Source of the DNA: an uncultured delta proteobacterium
GTDB taxonomy: Bacteria > Desulfobacterota > Syntrophia > Syntrophales > UBA5619
NCBI GenBank assembly: GCA_963817385.1
Contig: CAWFOM010000017.1
Location: 1-32,006 of the forward strand
Length of the DNA stretch: 32,006 nucleotides
Direction: 5' to 3'
Numbering within the stretch: position 1 is the first letter of the stretch; each line of letters begins with the position of its first letter. This document shows positions 1 through 8,013 of the stretch, piece by piece. The translations under genes were made by a program, and so were the position numbers. The notes beneath the pieces were generated by a model, which saw only the letters and a list, made by a program, of their open reading frames with translations, ran no database searches and was not told the DNA's origin.

Positions 1-1
1 C

Positions 2-256
2 CTGCTGCGTACCGATCTGCTCTTTACCGGCCGGCTGACCGTTCCACCTGCCCCCGAGGGCTCGCGCCGGCGCCTGATGGTACGCGAGTACGAGCGCCAT
101 TTCGGCGACTTCACCATCACGGACAGCTCCCCGATCGGCGAGGTGCATCGCCCGGGCGTGACCGAGCGCCTGGTGTTTGCGCGCGAGTTCTATGTGCTGG
201 GCTACGAGCCGCCCATCGATGACAGCGACAACAACCCCGAGGAGCCGCTGCAATAG
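2..256 (+). CDS. 3' end of a hypothetical protein running in from the left edge (…RRLMVREYERHFGDF…ERLVFAREFYVLGYEPPIDDSDNNPEEPLQ*)
   Basis: My own translation of frame +2 is open from base 2 to TAG at 254-256, with GC-rich third positions. Not in the ORF track because it has no start codon in the window. Confidence 0.65.
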   Translation: MLRTDLLFTGRLTVPPAPEGSRRRLMVREYERHFGDFTITDSSPIGEVHRPGVTERLVFAREFYVLGYEPPIDDSDNNPEEPLQ

Positions 257-796
257 ACCTTTGAACACCAGCCGCAGGCCGTGGGAGGTGGAGATGATCC
301 GGCGACATCGTCTGAATGCGTGTCTCGGATGACCTGGTTACGCCCCAATAGCTCCACTTAGTCATTACGGAACTTGCTCAGTGCGGGAGTGTAGAATTGC
401 GGCTGCCCATCACTTCGCACGTACAATTGGGCTTTATGTTTACGTGGTGACCATCCCAGACACTTTGACGGCAACCCTTTCTTTTCAAAAAAACATCACA
501 CCGCCGCTCCTGCATCAGTTTGCAAATGACGTCATGGTACTCCATGCGCTTGTCCGACTAAAGATGCGATCGAAATGCGTTACGGAAGACTGTACGATGA
601 GCCACTCACTCAAATAGCAAGAACATGATGAACAAATCGTATACACTTTAGCGGGATATTATCATTGTATGCGTCGCCCGTTTAATCGGTTCACCAAGCT
701 ACCATAATATACATCGTGAATATTAACATAATTTATATAAGTACTTATAAGTAGCCGTATTCTTTTTAAGGACTGCTATCAATGATAAAATAACGC

Positions 797-824
797 TTGA
801 CATATACTGAAGATTGTATATTCT
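797..824 (+). promoter_or_regulatory. Putative sigma70 promoter for the gntR-aor operon
   Basis: TTGACA (797-802), 16-nt spacer, TATTCT (819-824) in an AT-rich intergenic region. Overlapped by the imperfect palindrome AGATTGTATATTCT (811-824). Confidence 0.55.
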
Positions 825-979
825 CAATCAGTATTTATTCAGAAATTGCATATTTGTACACTCATGAAGATCCCCACACGCCACATGGATCAATAGCGGT
901 TGCGGGAAGTCGACGGTAACAAATCAAAACGACGGATATTCTTTTTTTCGGTGGCCGTCGACATTGGGGAGGAGAAAAA

Positions 980-1615
980 ATGATCCTGGAAGATCTGTGC
1001 GCCTCAATTCGAATGGAGATCGTGAGCCGGAATTTTCCGCCCGGGATGAAACTCTCCGAAAACATATTGTGCAGCCGCTGGAATGTAAGCAGGACTCCTA
1101 TCCGGGAAGCATTACGGCACCTGGAATCTGAGGGGTTCATCTCTTCCATCAGGCATAAAGGTTTTGTCGTCACTTCCATATCCATACATGACGTGGAGCA
1201 GATCTACACCATCATGATAAATCTGGATAGCCTGGCGGGCAGGCTGGCCACACCCTTCATTGCCGATGATTCCAAAAAGCTGGAGCGACTCAGAACACTT
1301 TGCCGGGATATGCAGCGGTTGTGCGAAAAGAAGGATATCGAAGGGTATATGAGAAAGAATCTGGAATTTCACTCCATCATCTTTCGCTCTTCCGAAAATA
1401 CCTGGATCATAAAAATATTGGAAAACCTCCATTCCCATACGAACCGCTTTATCCTGAAGGCCCTCTATATCCCCCGCAGAATTGAAAAGTCGGTTCAGGA
1501 GCACGTCGAAATTCTCAGATGCATTGAAAAAAAGGATGAGCGCGGAGTCGAGAAGGCGATATCGGTTCATTTCAGCAGGTCATTGAGCGATTTGAAAAAT
1601 GAAATAAGCCGGTAG
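980..1615 (+). CDS. GntR family transcriptional regulator (FadR subfamily, FCD domain)
   Basis: wHTH 'LSENILCSRWNVSRTPIREALRHLESEG'; FCD motifs 'NLEFHSII' and 'EHVEIL'; RBS GGAGGAG. Confidence 0.93.
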   Translation: MILEDLCASIRMEIVSRNFPPGMKLSENILCSRWNVSRTPIREALRHLESEGFISSIRHKGFVVTSISIHDVEQIYTIMINLDSLAGRLATPFIADDSKKLERLRTLCRDMQRLCEKKDIEGYMRKNLEFHSIIFRSSENTWIIKILENLHSHTNRFILKALYIPRRIEKSVQEHVEILRCIEKKDERGVEKAISVHFSRSLSDLKNEISR

Positions 1616-1698
1616 TCTCCGGTTGGATGCACCGATGGCTCGGGAGGTACTCTCATAGCCCATAGGTTCGTTGTTCCCGCGAGGGATAGGAGGATAGA

Positions 1699-2196
1699 GT
1701 GACCAAGCAGCGTGTGGGATATTTTGAAGATCGAAAGGATCCGGAGGCGCAGTGCAGCCGTTGCCGGTTGTGCGAGTTAATCTGCGCATTTCATCACCAC
1801 CGGGTCGGCAACCCGAGGCGCGCCAAGATCAAGGTCGTGGCCCTGGGAAAGGGGGTGGATATCCCGGTTGCGTGCCTCAATTGCGGGGATGCCCCGTGCA
1901 TGAACATTTGCCCGACGGGCGCCCTGTACCGCAAGGAAAAAGACGGGATGGTCCTCGTGCGTTCCGATGTCTGCATCGGCTGCGCCATGTGCGTCAGCGT
2001 TTGCCCCGCGGGCGCCGTAACCCTGGATCTGGTGGAAGGCACGGCGGCCAAATGCGATCTGTGCGGGGGGGAACCTCAGTGCGTCGCCTATTGTCCCGCC
2101 AAGGTGCTGCGACTGACGGATGCGGAAGAGGTTTCCCAAAAACGGATGCGGACATTTGCACGTTCGCTCGTCAGTGCGGAGGAAGATCGGAATTGA
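1699..2196 (+). CDS. 4x[4Fe-4S] electron-transfer subunit (AorA/DmsB-like)
   Basis: CSRCRLCELIC, CLNCGDAPCMNICP, CIGCAMCVSVCP and KCDLC…CVAYCP motifs. GTG start after AGGAGG. Directly upstream of the AOR gene. Confidence 0.92.
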   Translation: MTKQRVGYFEDRKDPEAQCSRCRLCELICAFHHHRVGNPRRAKIKVVALGKGVDIPVACLNCGDAPCMNICPTGALYRKEKDGMVLVRSDVCIGCAMCVSVCPAGAVTLDLVEGTAAKCDLCGGEPQCVAYCPAKVLRLTDAEEVSQKRMRTFARSLVSAEEDRN

Positions 2197-2215
2197 ATGC
2201 GGAAGAGGTTGTATC

Positions 2216-4113
2216 ATGAGCATGTTCCAGGGTGGGTATGCGGGTAAATTGCTGTATGTCGATTTGAACGACCAATCGATACGGGTGAAGCCGCTGGAGA
2301 GGGATTTCGCCCTGAAGTACATCGGGGGCAGGGGTTTCAGCGCCAGGATCTTATACGAGGAGCTCCGGGCGGGCGTCGATCCCCTCTCCCCGGACAACAT
2401 CATCGTTTTCGCCGCGGGACCCTTGAGCGGAACGCCGCTTCCCTCCGCCAGCCGTCTGATCGTCGCCGCGAAGTCTCCCATGACCGGGGGCGGCGGGGAC
2501 GCCAGTTCCGGCGGGTACTGGGCGCCGGAGATGAAGTACGCCGGGTTCGATGCCATTGTCGTCAAGGGGAGATCCCCCAATCCGGTCTATCTCTGGGTGA
2601 ACTGACGGAAAGGCGGAATTGCGGCCCGCCGGGCATCTCTGGGGCAAGCGGATTCACGCGACCAGCGAAGCGCTCAAGGCGGAGATCGGCGACGAGGATA
2701 TCCACATCTGCGCCATCGGCCCCGGAGGGGAGAACCTGGTCCGCTATGCCTGCATCGTCACCGACGAAGAGGGTGTCGGCGCAAGGACGGGGATGGGCGC
2801 GGTGATGGGATCGAAGAACCTCAAGGCCATTGTGGTCCGCGGGTCCCTGGATGTCAAGATCGCCGACCCGGAGCGGTTTCAGGAGGTGATCGACGCCTAC
2901 CGGAAGACCCTCGAAGGCGAGGTCTGGACCGAAACCTTGCGCCGATTGGGCACCCCCAACCTGGTCGCCCACCGCCAAAAACTGGGGATCTGGGGCGCGC
3001 GGAACTTCCAGCAGGCGACGATCGACGACTGGGAAAAGATCAGCGGCGAGGTGTTCCGGGAAAAATATCTGGTAAAGGCAATGGGGTGCATGGGGTGCAT
3101 GGTCCGCTGCCGCCGTTATTCGGCGATCTCCAACGGATCTTCCAACCTCTTGTACATGAAGGGGCCCGAGTACGAAACGATCAACGCGCTGGGAGCGAAG
3201 CCCTACATCATCGACCCCGCCTTCATCCTCCAGGCGCATTATCTCTGTGATGAATACGGGATCGACGAACACGGGGCGGCCTCGGCGATCAGCATGGCCA
3301 TGGAGCTCTACGAGCGCGGGATACTGAAAAAGGAGGAAGTCGACGGCGAGGAGCTCGTCTTCGGCAACGGCGAGGCCTTCCTGCGCCTCCTCGACAAGAT
3401 CGTCTACCGCAAGGGGTTCGGCGACCTGTTGGCCGAAGGGACGCGGATCATGGGGCAGCGCCTCCATGCGGAGGAGTACGCCATTCACATCAAGGGGCAG
3501 GAAGTGGATGCCAGCGATCCGCGGAGCCTGGTAACCCGCGCCCTCACCTTCAGCGTGGCCACGCGGGGTTCCTGCCACCTGCGCGGGTTTCCCTATATCG
3601 ACGAATTCATCAAGCCGGAGGAGGGGCTGAAATACTTCGGGACCGCCGCGGTCAGCGACGTCAAGGCCCTGGAGGGAAAGGGGAAGCTGGTCGCCTGGAG
3701 CGAGGACTGGATCACCATAGCGAACCTCATGGGGCTCTGTATCTTCGCCTGGTATCGGTCGCGGACCTTCTCCATGCTGATCAAGCGGGGGCTGGATCTG
3801 GTGACAGACGCCTATGTGGCGGCGACCGGCCTGCCGATGTCCCAGGAAAATCTGATTAGGTGCGGCGAGCGGGTCTACAATCTGGAAAAGCTCTTCAACT
3901 ACCGGGAAGGCATGGGGCGGGAATCGGATTACCCGCCGCCGAGATTCTTCGATGAACCGATGCCCGACGGACCCGGCAAGGGCTGCCCATCTGGACCGTG
4001 CGGATTATGAGATCCTCCTGAATGATTATTACACGGCGAGGGGGTGGGATCCGGCCACCGGATGCCCAACGCCGGAAAAACTCAAAGAGCTGGAATTGGT
4101 CGAGATCGGATAA
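2216..4113 (+). CDS. aor: Tungsten-containing aldehyde:ferredoxin oxidoreductase family catalytic subunit (AOR/WOR), read through two apparent +1 frameshifts (~2600, ~3983)
   Basis: N-terminus GGYAGKLLYVDL…YIGGRG…KSPMTG; GMGAVMGSKNLKAI; CMGCMVRC; GPEYET; CDEYGID; RGSCHL; MGLC. A third frame supplies the C-terminus HLDRADYEILLNDYYTARGWDPATGCPTPEKLKELEL, ending at TAA 4111-4113, which overlaps the next ATG. Confidence 0.92.
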
Positions 4114-4616
4114 TGAACAGACTCCTCGTTTTTCGCCCTGAGCGGTGCCTGATGTGTCTCTCCTGTGTCCTGGCCTGTCAACTGAAGGCCTTGGGCGTTG
4201 AGGATCCGCGTGAGCTGGATCTGAACTCCGGACGGAAACCGCCCCGCAGACTCTCGATGGTCCTGGCCGAGGGAACGCCCTGGCCGGAGCGATGCCGGCA
4301 CTGCACCCAGGCGCCCTGCGCCGAGGCCTGCATCAGCGGGAGCATCGTCCGGGACGAAGCGGCCTCGGCGGTTCGCCATCGCCCGGAAACCTGTGTGGGT
4401 TGCGGGACCTGCCAGCTTGTCTGTCCCTTCAACGCCATTGCGCGCGATGAAACCGGGGATTGCATGACGAAGTGCAACCTCTGTCCGGAGGATCACATTC
4501 CTTCGTGTGTTATCGCCTGTCAGACCGGCGCCCTTACGTTGGAGAGCGGCGATCGTCACGCGCAGGAGAAGAAGAGGAATTACGCCAAAGAGATGACTGG
4601 AGACCGAGAAAAATGA
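4113..4616 (+). CDS. 4x[4Fe-4S] ferredoxin-like protein (CooF-like)
   Basis: CLMCLSCVLAC, CRHCTQAPCAEAC, CVGCGTCQLVCP and KCNLC…CVIAC. The likely start is ATG 4113 (TAATG overlap with the aor stop). It precedes a cooS-like gene, as cooF does. Confidence 0.9.
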   Translation: MNRLLVFRPERCLMCLSCVLACQLKALGVEDPRELDLNSGRKPPRRLSMVLAEGTPWPERCRHCTQAPCAEACISGSIVRDEAASAVRHRPETCVGCGTCQLVCPFNAIARDETGDCMTKCNLCPEDHIPSCVIACQTGALTLESGDRHAQEKKRNYAKEMTGDREK

Positions 4617-5581
4617 CTGATCAGGAAGGGGTCCGTCCCGTCGGGTGCGGGTATGGCCTGCTCGGACTGTGCTGTGTTTCCTGTTTGCGGGGACCGTGCC
4701 GCAGAAGCCCTTTCGACGGCGCGGGCAGCGGCAACTTCTGCGGGGGAGATAGCGATTGGATCGTGATGAACAACATCATGCAGCGGGTAGCACTGGAGAG
4801 CCTGCAGGCCATGGCCGCCTTCCGGAATACACTGGAGCGAGGCGCCGGCCCGGGAGGCCGGATCGAGGCATCGCGCCTGGAGGAGATGAAGCTCTTCCTC
4901 TCCTCTTTCTTCCGGGGACCGAATGCCTTGCTGGAGGCGATTTACCCCGAACGGGCTTTTCCCTCCCTCCACGCCCTGGGATTTCCCCGGGGGTCGTGGT
5001 TAACCGCGCTCCTGGATGCGGCTGCCGGGCGCCCACCCGCGAGACGAGACCCCGAAGCGATCCTGACGGATGCCCTTCGCCTCTCGGCGATGGCACTTGC
5101 GGCGGAGGCCCAGTCGTGGGAGACGGCCGGATCGACGCCGGAGGAGATCGATATCGCCCTGCCCGATTCTCCGTCTCCCCTTCTGCTGCTCCTTTCGGAT
5201 GGGGGCGATCTTCAGGATGACGGCCGGGAGGCGTTGATGAAAGAGATCGAGACGGCCTGCCGCAAAGAGGCGCGGATTTACCGGCTGCCGCATGTCGCCC
5301 TTTTGCCTTCCTTCGCCCGCCGGGTGTCCACGAAATGGGGCATCCCCGTATCGATGACCAGGAGCATCGCCGTTGTTTTCTCTTCATCCATGATCCGGGG
5401 ACTGGCCGCGCTGGCCCTGGGATTTTCTCTGGTACCCTTTCCGGGATATCCCATCCAGGGAAGCCCGCTTGTGGAAAAATACCTGACGCAGGACCTGAAG
5501 AAAAAATTCGGTCACGCCTATCTGACCGTCCCTCCCCGGGAAGAACCCTGTGAAGCGATCCTCAGGAGTCTCTCGTCATGA
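4613..5581 (+). CDS. Truncated, apparently non-catalytic CooS (Ni-CODH) homologue, 322 aa, retaining D- and B-cluster ligands only
   Basis: N-terminus CGYGLLGLCCVSCLRGPCR…FCGGDSDWIVMNN matches the CooS motif CGFG.LG.CC..C..GPCR…CGADA..IVARN. C-terminus ALALG…PIQGSPLVEKYLTQDL matches the CooS tail. C-cluster motifs are absent. ATGA overlaps at both ends. Confidence 0.8.
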   Translation: MTDQEGVRPVGCGYGLLGLCCVSCLRGPCRRSPFDGAGSGNFCGGDSDWIVMNNIMQRVALESLQAMAAFRNTLERGAGPGGRIEASRLEEMKLFLSSFFRGPNALLEAIYPERAFPSLHALGFPRGSWLTALLDAAAGRPPARRDPEAILTDALRLSAMALAAEAQSWETAGSTPEEIDIALPDSPSPLLLLLSDGGDLQDDGREALMKEIETACRKEARIYRLPHVALLPSFARRVSTKWGIPVSMTRSIAVVFSSSMIRGLAALALGFSLVPFPGYPIQGSPLVEKYLTQDLKKKFGHAYLTVPPREEPCEAILRSLSS

Positions 5582-6865
5582 GATATCTTGTCGCGGGCAG
5601 CGGACCTGCCGGGATTTCCGCCGCCGAGGAGATCAGAAAGATCGATCCGGTCGGTTTGATCACCATGATCACCGCGGATCCGCATCCGGCCTACTCTCCG
5701 GTCATGCTCACCTACTGGATGTCGGGTCATTATCCCGAGGAGCGCCTCTTCTTCCGGGAGATGGGGTCGTGGGCAAAAGAAAATCAGGTCGATCTTCGCT
5801 GCGGCGTGCAGGTAAAGGCCGTCGACGTTCACCGGCAGGTGGTGACTCTGCCTCCGGGCGAGGAGATCGCTTATGACCGGCTCCTCATTGCTACGGGCGC
5901 CGTTCCCGTGATCCCTCCCATTCCCGGCATCCGCGCAAAGGGGGTCTGCACATTCAGGACGTTCGCCGATGCGGAAGAGATTCTGACCTCCCGCCGGGAT
6001 CTGGAGCAGATCTGCATCATGGGGGGAGGCTTCATCGGGATCAAACTGGCTTGCCACCTGCGGGAACGGGGTCTTTCGGTCCTGGTCGTTGAAAAGGAGC
6101 CGAGACTCGCCTCCCGGATATTCGATCAGCGGGCATCCGATATCGTCAAAGAGCAGCTTTGCAGCCACGGCATTTCGGCGGAAACCGGCGACCGGGATCA
6201 CGGAAATTTCGAATCGGGACGGATGGGTATCCGGGGTCCGTCTGGAGGACGGCCGGATTTTCCCCGCCCAGATCCTGGTGGTCGCGGTGGGCGTGCGGCC
6301 GAACACCTCCTTCATCGAGGCCCCGATTGCCGCAACGGGAGGGGGGATTCCGGTCGATGAACAAATGGAAACCCCTGTCCCCCATGTATACGCGGCGGGA
6401 GACGTGGCGATGACGCGGGATTCCCTCACCTCCACGCCCTTCAGCAATGCCGTCTGGCCTGCCGCTACAAGGCAGGGCAAGGTGGCCGGCGCCAACATGG
6501 CCGGCGGGCGCCGACAATACGTCCACAATTTCAACCTGAACGCCCTGAATCTTTACGGTCTGCAGGTAGCTTCCGCAGGTCATTCCCTCGAACCGAAGGA
6601 GGACGACATTACCGTTTTCCAGGAGGAGAGCGGGAACGACTATCGGAAGGTTGTTCTCAAATCCGGAGCCCTGATCGGATTCATCCTGATCGGAGACACC
6701 TCTCGTGCCGGTCTTCTCCTCAGCAGGATGAAAAGGGAGGATATCATCCGAAATCCGGCGGAACTCTTTACCCGAACCAGCCATGCGCCATCGGGATTGC
6801 CGCCATACATGGGCTTCCGTCACGGCTCCCTGTGGCCGCAATGCAAGGACGGCGTCTGTCCGTAA
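5578..6865 (+). CDS. FAD-dependent NAD(P)H oxidoreductase (pyridine nucleotide-disulfide family; FNOR/AorC-like), one apparent +1 frameshift (~6189)
   Basis: GSGPAG FAD motif, YDRLLIATG, GGGFIG followed by VVEKE (acidic residue, NAD preference), VYAAGD, and NirB/rubredoxin-reductase-like C-terminus YRKVVLK. ORFs 5578-6360 and 6089-6865 join into one protein. Confidence 0.9.
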
Positions 6866-6915
6866 ACCTTAGTACTTCATTTGAATCAACTCTTTTAAAC
6901 AGGGGAGGATGAAAC

Positions 6916-7962
6916 ATGAAGGCAATGGTACTGTATGAACAGGGAAAGCCCATGATCTTGGAAGAGGTGCCCATTCCTACCCCAGGACCCGGAGAAGTCT
7001 TGGTGCGGGTGCGGGCCTGCGGCCTTGGCCTTACGCTGGTCTGGAACCGGCACGGCCGTGGACTCAGGCAAGACGGGGAAGCGGATAAGTTCCCACGCAT
7101 CATCGGGCACGAGGTGGCCGGCGATGTGACCGATGTGGGTCCCGGCGTGGTCAATTTCAAGACGGGCGACCGGGTGATCGTCTACTACTACCTGACCTGC
7201 GGCGACTGCCGCTGGTGCAATGTCGGCAGAGAAGATCTCTGCGATCATCATGCCGGTTATGTGGGACGCCAGATTGACGGGGGGCTGGCTGAATACATCA
7301 AACTGCCGGCCCGTAATCTCTGCCATATCCCCCCGGAGCTCGGTTACGTCGATGGTGCGGTGACCGCCGACGCCATCGCAACCCCAATGCATGTATTGCA
7401 AAAACGGGCCCGCCTGAGGGCATCCGAAACGGTCCTGATCGTAGGCGCAGGGGGCGGCGTAGGTATCCACATGGTTCAGATGGCCAGGGCCTTGGCCGGT
7501 CGGGTGATTGCCGTTGACATCAGCACCGCAAAGCTTGCCTTGGCGAAAGATGTGGGAGCCGACGAGACGATCAATGCCTTGGAAGGTCCCTTCGATGAGG
7601 AGGCCCGCCGTCTGACCGGAGGAAGAGGCGTGGATGTGGTCGTGGAAATAGCCGGGACCCCCGAGACCATGAAGGCAAGTGTTCGGAGCCTCGGAAAAGG
7701 GGGGCGTCTCGTATTCGTAGGAACTTACAACCCGGATGCGGAGCTGACTTTCAACCCAAGGCTGCTCGTAGGCAATGAGATCATCATCACCGGGTCACGC
7801 TATTGCAGCCGCGAGGATCTGGCTAAAACTGTGGATATGGTGGCCCGCGGGCGTATCCGCCCCATTGTGACCCGCACCTGCAAACTGGAGGAAGCCGATG
7901 ACATCCTCCGGATGATCGAACGCAAAGAACTGGCAGGACGAGCCGCCGTCATCATGCCTTAA
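6916..7962 (+). CDS. Zn-binding medium-chain alcohol dehydrogenase family protein with an atypical catalytic site
   Basis: GHE motif, structural-Zn CGDCRWC…C, GAGGGVG nucleotide motif with downstream Asp (VAVD-type 'IAVD'); RBS GGAGG. Confidence 0.92.
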   Translation: MKAMVLYEQGKPMILEEVPIPTPGPGEVLVRVRACGLGLTLVWNRHGRGLRQDGEADKFPRIIGHEVAGDVTDVGPGVVNFKTGDRVIVYYYLTCGDCRWCNVGREDLCDHHAGYVGRQIDGGLAEYIKLPARNLCHIPPELGYVDGAVTADAIATPMHVLQKRARLRASETVLIVGAGGGVGIHMVQMARALAGRVIAVDISTAKLALAKDVGADETINALEGPFDEEARRLTGGRGVDVVVEIAGTPETMKASVRSLGKGGRLVFVGTYNPDAELTFNPRLLVGNEIIITGSRYCSREDLAKTVDMVARGRIRPIVTRTCKLEEADDILRMIERKELAGRAAVIMP

Positions 7963-8013
7963 GCAGCTAAAGACTCTTGACACTACCAGAACCAGAAAGG
8001 AGATTAAGCGACA

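Noticed and set aside
117..617. ORFs 117-365 (-) and 381-617 (+)
   Set aside because: The first is antisense to the edge gene. The second has no RBS, no recognisable motif and no coding-like bias.
2603..2605. TGA in aor as selenocysteine or read-through
   Set aside because: Homology continues in a different frame (…TDGKAELRPA), so this is an indel and not recoding. The same holds for TGA 4008-4010.
4460..5581. Calling this ORF a functional CO dehydrogenase or a hybrid-cluster protein, or using the 4460 start
   Set aside because: C-cluster/hybrid-cluster ligands and catalytic His/Lys motifs are absent. The CGxG…CC N-terminus is CooS-type rather than HCP-type. The 4460 start lies inside the cooF-like gene, whereas ATG 4613 gives an ATGA overlap.
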